Positions 17,064 to 26,437 of a stretch of 64,000 nucleotides of DNA are shown piece after piece (positions within the stretch are counted from its first letter, which is position 1; each line of letters starts with the position of its first letter). Position numbers and translations under genes: made by a program. Where the stretch lies: IMG/VR virus record IMGVR_UViG_2595698497_000001, one strand, 5' to 3'. Below the pieces are notes generated by a model. That model worked only from the letters and a program-made list of their open reading frames with translations. It was not told where the DNA came from and did not search any database. The DNA comes from a virus.

Positions 17064-18047
17064 TCAAGCAACGACGTTGGTGAGGATAGCGCCAGCGCCG
17101 ACCTTACCATTTTGTCCCATGCCAACGAGCTCGAAGGAACGCTCAACAAGGATGTCACCGGTGAATACACGGCGCTCAATGTTGAAACGCTCAGGAGTGG
17201 CGATAGGATAACCAGCAAGGGTGTAGGTGTATCCGAAGGCAGGGTTACCGTAGTTGGCGTCCATTGCAGGAGCGAAACCATCGGTTGCACCAGAAGGCTG
17301 ATAGAAGAGAACGGCTACGTTGTTGTAGATGTTCTCAAGAGCACCAGAGGTCTGGTTAAGCTTGAGACGACGTGCAACACGAATCTCGTCAAGACCGAAG
17401 ATGTTGGCAAGAGTTGCCTCATTGACGAGTACTCCACGCTGCATGAAGTCTCTGATTCTCTTGTTACGCTTGAGAGCGTTGAAAGCGTCAGGGCTAATAA
17501 CCATCTTATTAGGATAGGTACCGATCTGAGCGCGAACAGCTTCTTTAGCTTCATCGATTAGAACTTCGATGTCAGAGGTGGCCTGGTTGAACTGGTCAGC
17601 ACCAGAAGCACGAGTTGCAAGGTCAAAGACACAGGAAGTTTCGTACGAGGAGGAGTCTGTGACTGCGCCAGCAACGGTTACTTCCCAGGACTGCATGAGA
17701 CGATTTGCAGCGTCCTTAGCAGCATATTGACGAAGGTCAAGCTGAGCGGCTCCATTCTTGGCTTCAGCAGCTACTTCCTCAGCAATCTCCCAGCTGATCG
17801 CTTCCTGACGGAGAGCGAACGAGCGTGTTCCGAACTCATTCTGGATCTTTTGGATGTTAGTTCCAGGAGCACGGAGGAAGGACTGAGCAGCAAATGCTTC
17901 CTTACCAAAAACGAGTGTACGTCCAGCACGGGTATTCATAGATACCGCAGGACCAAAAAATGTAGCTACGCCTTCAGCATTCTTGTAACCTTGGGCGAGT
18001 TGCGTAAGAATAGGGTCAATTACGCGTACCTGATCTAGATTCATCAT
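17064..18047 (-). CDS. major capsid protein
   Basis: IDPILTQLAQGY N-terminus typical of Mu-like/phage E capsids; strong codon bias; followed by a terminator. Confidence 0.88.
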   Translation of the reverse strand: MMNLDQVRVIDPILTQLAQGYKNAEGVATFFGPAVSMNTRAGRTLVFGKEAFAAQSFLRAPGTNIQKIQNEFGTRSFALRQEAISWEIAEEVAAEAKNGAAQLDLRQYAAKDAANRLMQSWEVTVAGAVTDSSSYETSCVFDLATRASGADQFNQATSDIEVLIDEAKEAVRAQIGTYPNKMVISPDAFNALKRNKRIRDFMQRGVLVNEATLANIFGLDEIRVARRLKLNQTSGALENIYNNVAVLFYQPSGATDGFAPAMDANYGNPAFGYTYTLAGYPIATPERFNIERRVFTGDILVERSFELVGMGQNGKVGAGAILTNVVA

Positions 18048-18069
18048 GATTAATATTCTCCTTCAGTTA

Positions 18070-18570
18070 TCAAGAAGCGCCTTCAGAACCAAGCTTAACT
18101 CTGATATACTGACCAGCAGTTGTGCCAGCAGAAGTATCAAGAGCGCGGCCAAGGATGAAGTTAGTACCGCCTCCACCAGAAGCAATAGCTTCACCAGAAT
18201 CGGAAGCATATACAGGAGCGTCAACAGCAAACGCACCGGAGGTTGCGTCAACTTCGACGATTGCAATACCTTCAGTTACGATGGAGAGAAGACCCTGATA
18301 GGGGAATACTCCAGGCTTAGAAGGTGTAGTGGAAGGATTGAGTTGACCTTCATATACGGCATTGGAGCCGTCGTCAACTTGATAGCCCTTGGCGGTGAGT
18401 TGTCCAGCACCAGGAGCATCGTAAACAGAAACGCCAGCGGCGAAATCGCCGTCATTGGCGGGGTATGCACCACCACGAGTTACGAAACGGTGAGCAGCAA
18501 TTGTAGCGCTGGTCGACACGGTTTCGACATACTGGTGGTCAAAAGACATGTAACGTGGGTCAGTTGCCAT
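18070..18570 (-). CDS. capsid decoration/cement protein (DUF2190-like)
   Basis: IAAHRFV, GIAIVE and ILGRALD..G..IRVKL motifs; between scaffold and capsid genes. Confidence 0.75.
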   Translation of the reverse strand: MATDPRYMSFDHQYVETVSTSATIAAHRFVTRGGAYPANDGDFAAGVSVYDAPGAGQLTAKGYQVDDGSNAVYEGQLNPSTTPSKPGVFPYQGLLSIVTEGIAIVEVDATSGAFAVDAPVYASDSGEAIASGGGGTNFILGRALDTSAGTTAGQYIRVKLGSEGAS

Positions 18571-18581
18571 TAGTATTTACC

Positions 18582-19856
18582 TTAGTTGTTGTTAATAACA
18601 AACTTAACAGCTGTTAAGTAATCGCATCCATTCTCTTCAGCGTAGGATAACGCATCTGCATGAACATCAGCGGTATTTGGATCGTAAGCGTATCCAGAAG
18701 CATTAGGCTCAACCGACTTCGATTGCTTAGGAGCAGAAGCTGGTGTTGCAAATTCTTCAAATGAAACCATGGAAGGTAGCGACTCAAGTACTCCACGCAT
18801 GAAGTCAAACTGAGAAGCCTTTCCGGTTTCTGAGAAATTCACAGAGTTCTTATGGTTAAGAGTCTCCATGAAGCGAACAAGATCGCCCTTAGGTACAACT
18901 TGTTCTGTGAGCTTTCCAGACTCATAAAGTCCTTCAGCAAACGAAGAAATCTCTTTCTCGCGAGCAAGCTTTCTTTGCTTATTAAGCTCTTCCTCGAGTT
19001 CGGCTACACGAGCGTTGAGGGAGTCAATGCTCTGATCTCCAATAGCGGCTTCGCTATGATCTAGAGATTCGGTAGCCAGAGGTGCAGCTTCTTCAGCGTG
19101 ATCAGCAGTCTCTTTCTTCTCTTCTTTAACCTCTTCGGCCATATCAGATTTCTCTTCTTCTTCCTCTTCTTTTTCTTCCTCTTTGTGCTCTTCAGCGTTA
19201 TCAACTACTTCTTCAGAGTGATCCGCTTCCTCTTCTTTTTTCTCCTCTTCTTCTTTTTCTTCCATCTTATCTTCGGCATTATCAACTACTTCTTCAGCAT
19301 GATCTGCCTCTTCTTTCTTCTCTTCCTCTTCTTCCTCTTTCTTTTCCCCTTCCGCTTCAGCGTAGGACATGTCGTTCTCCATCATGGAGGTAGCTTGTTT
19401 TTTGAGAGCCAATGCTTGGAAGAGCTCGTCTTCCTCGTACTCGGCAGCTAGAGAGGCAATTTTCTTGTCGTTATCTTCCATTTCACCAGAGATATCTTCT
19501 TCGCCTTCCTCACCAGCAGGCTCTTCGCCTCCTTCTTCTTCCTTTTCGGGCATTTCCATATCGCCAGAGGCCTCAGGAGCTTCTTCGCCACCTTCTTCCT
19601 CTAGACCCATATCATCGCTCTCTTCCTCACCAGAGGCCTCAGGGGCCATTTCTTCTTTCTCTTCCTCATCGTCTGCGTACTCCATCTGGTAGTCAGCAGG
19701 AGCTCCGGTTTCACTAACCTCGTTACCGGAGTCGTCATAAACTGTAGGCTTTCCGCCACCAATGTTGATATTGACGGTCATCGAACCCTCGGCATGATCA
19801 ACATTCTGATCTACCGAGACCTCTTTGACTTCGTCAGAAATTTTCTTCTTAGTCAT
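18582..19856 (-). CDS. putative nested in-frame scaffolding protein (Mu Z-like)
   Basis: Internal ATG (MTKKKISDEV) after the protease domain, with GTTTAAAG 26 nt upstream (19883-19890). Confidence 0.6.
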   Translation of the reverse strand: MTKKKISDEVKEVSVDQNVDHAEGSMTVNINIGGGKPTVYDDSGNEVSETGAPADYQMEYADDEEEKEEMAPEASGEEESDDMGLEEEGGEEAPEASGDMEMPEKEEEGGEEPAGEEGEEDISGEMEDNDKKIASLAAEYEEDELFQALALKKQATSMMENDMSYAEAEGEKKEEEEEEKKEEADHAEEVVDNAEDKMEEKEEEEKKEEEADHSEEVVDNAEEHKEEEKEEEEEEKSDMAEEVKEEKKETADHAEEAAPLATESLDHSEAAIGDQSIDSLNARVAELEEELNKQRKLAREKEISSFAEGLYESGKLTEQVVPKGDLVRFMETLNHKNSVNFSETGKASQFDFMRGVLESLPSMVSFEEFATPASAPKQSKSVEPNASGYAYDPNTADVHADALSYAEENGCDYLTAVKFVINNN

Positions 19857-20408
19857 AGTAGAGTTGTTTGTTTCTAGGGCTTCTTTAAACGAAATAACGG
19901 TTTTGCCCGATTGGGGCACTAAATCAATGATTTTTTCGTCGTTAGCTTCACCTTCAGAAAAAGCAGATAAGCCTTTTACAGCAGGAATAGATACTAATCC
20001 AAGGTGGCGGAGTGCCAATTTACCGGGATGGGGGTTAGTTTCCGCCTCGGGTAAGTAGAAGGAGCTACTTACTTTCTTAAACACTCCGTCCTTAATTAGT
20101 TGTTCTGCCTTAGGGGTAAGTTCAACTTTACCCCAAAGCTTTTTACCCTTTCTCCAAAGATCTTTTACCCAGCCTAATGCAGGGGTAGAATCAGTTTGAT
20201 CATGGCCGATAATCAGAGGAGCTTCATGCTGCTCTGGAGAATAAGTTCCGACAACTTGATCTAAATCCTTCTCAGTAAACATCATCTTTTGCCCAGTGGA
20301 GCTGATCTGGGGACCAGCTTTGAACATTTCAATGTGAACAACCTTTTTAGGTTTTTGAGAGGTTAGAGGCTCGTTTGAATTTAAAACTAATTCTTTATTA
20401 TCGGTCAT
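18582..20408 (-). CDS. prohead protease-scaffold fusion (Mu I-like)
   Basis: APLIIGH, ALGWV, FKKVSSSF, LRHLGLV..PAVKGL protease motifs, then a long acidic coiled region. Confidence 0.88.
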   Translation of the reverse strand: MTDNKELVLNSNEPLTSQKPKKVVHIEMFKAGPQISSTGQKMMFTEKDLDQVVGTYSPEQHEAPLIIGHDQTDSTPALGWVKDLWRKGKKLWGKVELTPKAEQLIKDGVFKKVSSSFYLPEAETNPHPGKLALRHLGLVSIPAVKGLSAFSEGEANDEKIIDLVPQSGKTVISFKEALETNNSTMTKKKISDEVKEVSVDQNVDHAEGSMTVNINIGGGKPTVYDDSGNEVSETGAPADYQMEYADDEEEKEEMAPEASGEEESDDMGLEEEGGEEAPEASGDMEMPEKEEEGGEEPAGEEGEEDISGEMEDNDKKIASLAAEYEEDELFQALALKKQATSMMENDMSYAEAEGEKKEEEEEEKKEEADHAEEVVDNAEDKMEEKEEEEKKEEEADHSEEVVDNAEEHKEEEKEEEEEEKSDMAEEVKEEKKETADHAEEAAPLATESLDHSEAAIGDQSIDSLNARVAELEEELNKQRKLAREKEISSFAEGLYESGKLTEQVVPKGDLVRFMETLNHKNSVNFSETGKASQFDFMRGVLESLPSMVSFEEFATPASAPKQSKSVEPNASGYAYDPNTADVHADALSYAEENGCDYLTAVKFVINNN

Positions 20409-20413
20409 CGGGA

Positions 20414-23400
20414 TCAGATGGTTGTGTTATTGAGTAGATAATCAAATCTATCAACGTTTCTAGAGAAGGTATCCTGTACCTGAGCAACCTGACCAGCAGG
20501 TGTTCTAATTACAGTAACAACTAGACGCTCAAGAGTTGGCGATGTTGCCACGTAAGCATCAAGTCTTAGAGTTCCATTCTCTAGGTCGGATAAAGCGTTG
20601 TTTGCGTCAGAGCAAACTACGAGATAAGCCTGTTCTGGTCTTGCACCGAATAGAGCACCTTGACGATAGAGTTGACCCATTACCTGAGAGGCAATAGACT
20701 TAGCTCTGGAGAAAAGTGTTCCTGCAGAGTCGATCTGCTCGAAGAGGATATCGTCGAAGCTTCTCGACATAACGTCAATAAGAACATTAAGAATTGCTCT
20801 GGTGTTAACGAACTTAAAGAGCTGGTTGGAGCTCATTGTTCTTGCACCCCAAGCTACGATTCCCCTGTTAGGTAGGCTTCTGATTGGGTTGAGGCCTAGA
20901 GGATAAGTAACTTCTTGCTGTTGAGCGGTGATATCGAAACGGAGGTCAGTTGCGCCTCTTAGAGGATATCTTGCGCCAGCAGGAGCTTGTTGGAATCCTT
21001 CGTTCTGATATCTAGAACATGCAATACCGGCAATGTAAGAACTTGGAGGTACGAAGCGACCGGCAAGGTTCTTAATGTAAGGAGCATAGTATGCGGCGTG
21101 ACCAAAAGGCACACCGGCTGTTTTCTTAATATAGGCTAGTTCGTCTTGAACTTCGCTAAGGCTCTCTTCATCGGCTCCGCAATCAATTAGAGCAATGTGC
21201 TGAGTACCAGAGATACCTTCGGTCTCTCCAAGCTTACCTTCAGCGGCTCTTAAAAGCGATTGAGTTACTTTAACTCTTTCTTCTCTTGCTTGAGCTTTTG
21301 TTAATCCTCCAACCTGAGCTTTAAAGCTTCCGAATGCTTCAGGAGCAAGAAGGAAACCAGGTTGATATAGACCAGATCCCATGCCTTGTTCAATAGCATA
21401 AACGAAGTCCTGTGCTCTCGACTTAGCGCTAAGCTTATAGTTAGCAAAGTCTGGGGCCTCTTCCAGTGAGCCAATTCTCGCAATGTTAGTGTCCTTAATA
21501 CCATAGCGGTTAAGTCCAGCAACAACAGGAGAAGGAATTCCGTTCTTGGAGGTAATCTTAAGTCTTAGAATGTAGTCATGACGATAGAAACCATTAGCAG
21601 CAGAGCTGTCTAGGCTTGCAGTTGTCGAAGACGAGGTAAATGTAGGGGCTGTCGAAACCACAAATTGATCATCACGGGTAACTGCCTGAGCAACCGTGAA
21701 ACGATATCCGTTAATAACAACAGGAGCACCTTCATAGAGCTCTTCAGTAAACTTAGTTGCAATTGTACGAAGCTTGTGAGTTGCGCCAGTGAACGTTGTT
21801 GCAGCTGGATTCTTAACAAGCATTGTAGTAGCGCTATATACTTCTACTACCTCGTAAGTTGCGTTATTAACTAAAATTCTAGTTCCTGGAGCTGCAATAG
21901 CTTGGAAATTAGTTCCGCTACCTGTAAGAACTCCCACCGCAGTAAGATCTGTGATATTACCGGCTTGTTCATCAGAAACGGTACCCTGAATTGTGGTACT
22001 ACCAGAGGTAACTGCCACTGTACCTGTAAGTTGTCTTCCATCATTGGAAGGTCTTAGGGCAGGTGTTCCAGCTGTAGCAGGAGAGGTGCTAATAGCTAAT
22101 CCATTATTAGGAGCAAAATTATTACTTCCTAAACCGGAATAATCAACAGCAACAGACTCAACTTTATAAAACTCGTTGATGCTCTTTTCTTCAAGAATCT
22201 CGTTGATAGAATCTCTTACGCTATTAGTTAGCTCAGCGGGAGTAGCACCATTAGCAATAATAGCTCTGTTCTCGCCAGCGATATTTAGATAGAATACCTG
22301 AACTGTATCAGGAAGATATCCAGATCTTGTTACGTTATTTCCTACGCTAGTAGCAGATCCGTTAGGAACAGTTGCGCTAACAGCAAAGGCTGTACCAGAA
22401 GCATCCCACTGGTAATACTGAGATCCAATGTCAGGGAGTGCAAGATGGCCAAGCTTACCAACTCTTTCGTCAGTAGAAATTGCTACATACACGTCATCTG
22501 GAATTACAGAAGCACTAGCATAGACTTTTTGGTCAATGAGGAAATGCTCAAGAGCCATAGCAACTACGCCTTGTACATCAGAATCTGTAACAGCGTTGGA
22601 ATCAGCAACGGAGCCACCAATAACGTCTTTAGTTACGTTATAAACAATTCTACGTACTCTTACAACCACAGTTGTGTTAGTACCAGTAAAGTTAAGAATT
22701 GCGGCGCTATTTTGAGCCGGATCTTGAAGCTTGATTCTGTTATTAGAAGCATCTACCGTGTGAACTTTATAGACTCTGTTATAAGAAACATTACCAACTC
22801 CGGCAATATCTCCAGTTCCTACGTAGTCTCCTTGTCCAGGATCAATACCTTCAAATGCAACTAGGTCACCAGCAGCAATTGCATCAGTTCCAACGGCAAG
22901 AGCGTCAATATCAACGAGGTTTACCCAACCTTCATTTGTACCGCCGCCTTGATTGTGCTGGAAAGAAGAAGTTCCGTTAGTATTAGTAGAAACAGTAGCA
23001 GCTTCAATGAAGTTACCTAATGCTCCACCAGATACGTACTTGATAGGTTCGCTAGTAGCTACGTCTCTAGAAGTACAGCGAAGAGCCAACTCTTTGATGG
23101 GAACGTAGAAGTTAACGTTACCAGCATTGGTTGGTGTTGCATAAGCGGTATCAGAAATCTGATAAGCTTTAAAAGTACTAATTTCAGGAAGAGATCTTAC
23201 GTCTTTAGAATAAATTCTGAATGTTGCTGTTTTAGCCTCTTCGTCGTCTTGCTCGATTCTGAAATAGGTTCCAAAATCGGGGTCGCTGTTCTTTAGATAT
23301 CCAACAATATCAAAAGCGTTATCATTAGCATCAAGAGCAGTTGTGGTAATAACTCTGATTTCTATACCATCAGAATCGTTGATTCCGAGGGAGGTATCAC

Positions 23401-23827
23401 CAAAATATCTTCCGCCAATTTTCAAGGAGAAGAGATTCCAGCCTGCGCCTTTGGTTACAACAACCTTAGTTTCAGGAGTTGGGGTTACGCGGGTATAGTA
23501 TAAAATACCATTTACACCAACGTTTTCAAAAAATGCACCTACTGAATCATAAGAAATCATCGAGTTAGGATTGTTAGCGGCTGTTGGAACGCCACCAATT
23601 TTACTCGTGAAGTCTGCTAGGGAGCCAATCTGTGTTGGCTTGTACGGTTGAAGTGCAGAATACTCATCAATGGGGGTATCATCATACGGATCTGTAGGTG
23701 TAGATCCGAAGATATAGCCAATAGCGTGAGACGCAATAGGCTGGGGTAATCCACCAGTTGAAGACTGAGTAACAAACACTCCAGGACGCTTAATAGCGCC
23801 TACGTTAATGTTTACAGGATTAGCCAT
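20414..23827 (-). CDS. contractile tail sheath protein with large insertions
   Basis: N-terminal RPGVFV; C-terminal PPSSYIAG, APAG, GLNPIR, GIVAWGARTM. Confidence 0.92.
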   Translation of the reverse strand: MANPVNINVGAIKRPGVFVTQSSTGGLPQPIASHAIGYIFGSTPTDPYDDTPIDEYSALQPYKPTQIGSLADFTSKIGGVPTAANNPNSMISYDSVGAFFENVGVNGILYYTRVTPTPETKVVVTKGAGWNLFSLKIGGRYFGDTSLGINDSDGIEIRVITTTALDANDNAFDIVGYLKNSDPDFGTYFRIEQDDEEAKTATFRIYSKDVRSLPEISTFKAYQISDTAYATPTNAGNVNFYVPIKELALRCTSRDVATSEPIKYVSGGALGNFIEAATVSTNTNGTSSFQHNQGGGTNEGWVNLVDIDALAVGTDAIAAGDLVAFEGIDPGQGDYVGTGDIAGVGNVSYNRVYKVHTVDASNNRIKLQDPAQNSAAILNFTGTNTTVVVRVRRIVYNVTKDVIGGSVADSNAVTDSDVQGVVAMALEHFLIDQKVYASASVIPDDVYVAISTDERVGKLGHLALPDIGSQYYQWDASGTAFAVSATVPNGSATSVGNNVTRSGYLPDTVQVFYLNIAGENRAIIANGATPAELTNSVRDSINEILEEKSINEFYKVESVAVDYSGLGSNNFAPNNGLAISTSPATAGTPALRPSNDGRQLTGTVAVTSGSTTIQGTVSDEQAGNITDLTAVGVLTGSGTNFQAIAAPGTRILVNNATYEVVEVYSATTMLVKNPAATTFTGATHKLRTIATKFTEELYEGAPVVINGYRFTVAQAVTRDDQFVVSTAPTFTSSSTTASLDSSAANGFYRHDYILRLKITSKNGIPSPVVAGLNRYGIKDTNIARIGSLEEAPDFANYKLSAKSRAQDFVYAIEQGMGSGLYQPGFLLAPEAFGSFKAQVGGLTKAQAREERVKVTQSLLRAAEGKLGETEGISGTQHIALIDCGADEESLSEVQDELAYIKKTAGVPFGHAAYYAPYIKNLAGRFVPPSSYIAGIACSRYQNEGFQQAPAGARYPLRGATDLRFDITAQQQEVTYPLGLNPIRSLPNRGIVAWGARTMSSNQLFKFVNTRAILNVLIDVMSRSFDDILFEQIDSAGTLFSRAKSIASQVMGQLYRQGALFGARPEQAYLVVCSDANNALSDLENGTLRLDAYVATSPTLERLVVTVIRTPAGQVAQVQDTFSRNVDRFDYLLNNTTI

Positions 23828-23866
23828 AAATTAAATCTTTACAAAGTAAGAGGCCTTTCAGAAAGC

Positions 23867-23874
23867 CTTTAAAC
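23867..23874 (-). promoter_or_regulatory. GTTTAAAG box (candidate late promoter)
   Basis: 39 nt upstream of the sheath ATG. Confidence 0.65.
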
Positions 23875-23892
23875 AAACGGCTATTATAAGCT

Positions 23893-24135
23893 TTAATCTT
23901 CTTCGGTACTCTTGTACAAATCGAAAAGGTTATTCATAAGCCAATCAGGGCAGCTTTCACCCCCACAACTTTGAAACTCTAAGATTTTTAGAGATTTTCT
24001 CATTATTTTATTAAAATCTGAATCTGTGACATGATATGAACAAACTTGAACAAATTCTTTCAGTCTCTCCCTATCTTTTTGTGTTGTTATAGAGCAAAGT
24101 ATAAAAATAAGTTTTAGTCTTAAAACGTCTGTCAT
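23893..24135 (-). CDS. hypothetical protein
   Basis: 80-aa ORF, ATGA-coupled. Confidence 0.65.
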   Translation of the reverse strand: MTDVLRLKLIFILCSITTQKDRERLKEFVQVCSYHVTDSDFNKIMRKSLKILEFQSCGGESCPDWLMNNLFDLYKSTEED

Positions 24136-24569
24136 TTATCCTGCGATGGTTTCTTTAATTGCTCAATAGCGTTTTGATGGACCTGAATCATGGCCATAAC
24201 CTTTGTCATAGGTTGATTTTCAAAGAACTCTAAAGCCACAAAAGAATTATTTTGCAGAGCATAACAGACTTCCAACCATTTCACTTTTGGTATGTAATTA
24301 CATAAAATATTCTCAGATACTGCTTTGAATACTCGTAAAATATCTCTTTTAGTAAGTCTATTTATCTGTATTGACGTTACACTTATCTTCTCTAGTATAG
24401 AGATAGCGTCGTTTAGTTCAAGACCTCCTTCTTTTTCTTCTCCTAAAATTCTTTCTAAGAACTCCAGGTCTTTTCCTGTTATGTCTCTAAATTGAATTTT
24501 CCTTTTTCTTTTGTCATATAGAGTAATAATATAGTTATACTCTCTTACAACTTCAAGATCTTCACTCAT
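24132..24569 (-). CDS. hypothetical protein, possible tail assembly chaperone
   Basis: FRDITGKDL pattern; adjacent to a similar gene. Confidence 0.5.
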   Translation of the reverse strand: MSEDLEVVREYNYIITLYDKRKRKIQFRDITGKDLEFLERILGEEKEGGLELNDAISILEKISVTSIQINRLTKRDILRVFKAVSENILCNYIPKVKWLEVCYALQNNSFVALEFFENQPMTKVMAMIQVHQNAIEQLKKPSQDK

Positions 24570-24906
24570 CAGATCCTAATAGAAGGCTCAAAGATTCACC
24601 TATTTTCTTTAGCTGCTTTGCAGTTAGACGCTTAGCATCTCGCAACGAAAGTTTTTTACCGCCATCTTGGGGGCAGTGAAGAATACAAATAGTTTGTAAC
24701 GTGGCTTCAATTTCTGTAATTTTTTCGTTTTCAGAGATTTCTGCAATTTTGATTAAGTCTTCGGCACAAGGCTCTTTGAGATAAAGAAAGTTACCAGTAG
24801 TAATTTCTACGGGTAAAATTTCTGGATCACCAAAATCAAAACCATCATTCACTTCTATTACACTACCGGATTCAGAAGCCGGTCTACTCATTTTTGCGGA
24901 AGGCAT
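24562..24906 (-). CDS. putative tail assembly chaperone
   Basis: LKEPCAEDL...LTAKQLKKI pattern resembling myophage chaperones; upstream of the sheath gene. Confidence 0.5.
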   Translation of the reverse strand: MPSAKMSRPASESGSVIEVNDGFDFGDPEILPVEITTGNFLYLKEPCAEDLIKIAEISENEKITEIEATLQTICILHCPQDGGKKLSLRDAKRLTAKQLKKIGESLSLLLGSDE

Positions 24907-24931
24907 GGATAATTGTGTTATACGTAACTTT

Positions 24932-24964
24932 CTTTAAACCCCAATTTGCATTTTTTGTTTAAAG
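24932..24964. promoter_or_regulatory. divergent pair of GTTTAAAG boxes
   Basis: Minus copy 24932-24939 and plus copy 24957-24964, 25 and 22 nt from divergent ATGs. Confidence 0.7.
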
Positions 24965-24986
24965 AGCCAATAGAAGAAAGGAAAAA

Positions 24987-25385
24987 ATGGCAATTGATTC
25001 TTCAAAAGCTCCATATGACTCTTGGAAGGAATCAAATACTTCTAGAGACTATAGAGACAAGACAACACAAAACTTTGATTACGTTAAAAGGGCCTTAGCT
25101 CAAGAAAAAAACTTACGATCTTCTTATAGAGTTAATCCCGGCCCAAGTAGAAATACCCGAGCAATTATGGCAAATAATTCAGAACAAAATCCCCATGTAT
25201 ATGGCTCCGAAGATATGTGGGGCTGGCAAAAATGGACGGAAAAAGCTGCTAAGAAAAATTCCACTCTTGCTCCTGGACTAATCGAAACTGGTTATACCCA
25301 AGATGCACCAGGAACTTTATATCCAGGACCGTCTAAAGTACAAGGATGGGCAGGATGCTCAAGTTGTAAAAGGAGAAAAATATGA
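24987..25385 (+). CDS. hypothetical protein
   Basis: 132 aa with AAGGA upstream; C-terminal CSSC. Confidence 0.75.
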   Translation: MAIDSSKAPYDSWKESNTSRDYRDKTTQNFDYVKRALAQEKNLRSSYRVNPGPSRNTRAIMANNSEQNPHVYGSEDMWGWQKWTEKAAKKNSTLAPGLIETGYTQDAPGTLYPGPSKVQGWAGCSSCKRRKI

Positions 25386-25654
25386 CAACTAGAAGACCAA
25401 GAACAACAAAAGCCGCTAAAGCGGAAGAACCAACTCAAGAAACACACAAAATTCCGCAAGAAGAGCTTGAGAATTTTTTTAATGATCCCGAGCCTTCAGA
25501 AGAAGCCCCTAAAGAAATTCCCACTAAAAGAATTCGCCCTCCTCAATCAAATATGATTTTTATAGGAGAGGAAGACATGAGAGACTTTGAAGCTTATAAA
25601 AAATTCTTAAGAGAGGAACAAGGTATGAAAAATATTAGACATAAAAAGATATAA
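25382..25654 (+). CDS. hypothetical protein
   Basis: 90 aa, AGGAG RBS, ATGA coupling. Confidence 0.75.
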   Translation: MTTRRPRTTKAAKAEEPTQETHKIPQEELENFFNDPEPSEEAPKEIPTKRIRPPQSNMIFIGEEDMRDFEAYKKFLREEQGMKNIRHKKI

Positions 25655-25664
25655 GTGGTATAAT
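25636..25664 (+). promoter_or_regulatory. sigma70-type promoter
   Basis: TAGACA-17 bp-TATAAT with extended TG, upstream of dCMP deaminase. Confidence 0.75.
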
Positions 25665-25683
25665 AAGTAGAAGAACCCATTTT

Positions 25684-26091
25684 ATGAAACCCGAGATCAA
25701 AGAAGCTTACATGAAAACTGCTGAGTTATTTTCTCAGGTTTCAAATTGCAAAAGAATGAAAGTAGGAGCAATTGTAGTCAAGAACGGGAGTATCTTGGCT
25801 CATGGGTGGAACGGGACACCATCAGGATTTCACACTAATTGTTGCGAGCTAGAAGATGGTAGTACAAATCCTTTTGTCCTCCATGCTGAACAAAATGCTT
25901 TAGTCAAAATGGCTAAATCTTCAGAATCTATAGATGGATCTGAATTGTTTTGCACTCACAGCCCATGTCCAGATTGCTCAAAAATGATTGCTCAAGCGGG
26001 AGTAAAAAAAGTTTACTATCGCAATGAGTACCGAATCACAGATGGCATCGATGTTCTTCAGCAACTCGGTGTAGAAGTTGAGAAAATGTAA
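25684..26091 (+). CDS. dCMP deaminase
   Basis: VGAIVV, GWNGTP, HAEQNAL and SPCPDC zinc motifs. Confidence 0.93.
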   Translation: MKPEIKEAYMKTAELFSQVSNCKRMKVGAIVVKNGSILAHGWNGTPSGFHTNCCELEDGSTNPFVLHAEQNALVKMAKSSESIDGSELFCTHSPCPDCSKMIAQAGVKKVYYRNEYRITDGIDVLQQLGVEVEKM

Positions 26092-26435
26092 TGTTTGAAG
26101 AACCAGAAGCTCGCGAAAAAATTAAAAACATTTTTAAAAATATTTCTTATATGGAGGAGGATTTAATACCTCTATTTAAGAAAGCACTTGAAGAAAACGA
26201 ACCTATTGGTCTTTATGTTGCCACAGAAGATCAGACAGACCTATCGTGGGTGTTTGGACCTGATGAAGTGGGTCGGATGATAGGCGGGAAGGAGTCTTTA
26301 AAAGACATAACAGATCAATTACTCCCTACAGAAGAAGACAGGGAAGAAGGTGTTGTTCTTGCTATATTAAAAAAAGTCGGACCGATTTACGCAATCCGAT
26401 TAGAAAAAGCAGTGCTAACAGAAGCCTTTTTATAA
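26091..26435 (+). CDS. hypothetical protein
   Basis: 114 aa, TAATG-coupled. Confidence 0.75.
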   Translation: MFEEPEAREKIKNIFKNISYMEEDLIPLFKKALEENEPIGLYVATEDQTDLSWVFGPDEVGRMIGGKESLKDITDQLLPTEEDREEGVVLAILKKVGPIYAIRLEKAVLTEAFL

Positions 26436-26437
26436 AC

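Noticed and set aside
19098..19717. Plus-strand Phe/Ser-rich ORFs
   Set aside because: Antisense shadows of the Glu/Lys-rich scaffold.
24132..24906. Programmed frameshift between the putative tail chaperone genes
   Set aside because: The second ORF has its own ATG overlapping the first stop, and no convincing slippery heptamer was seen.
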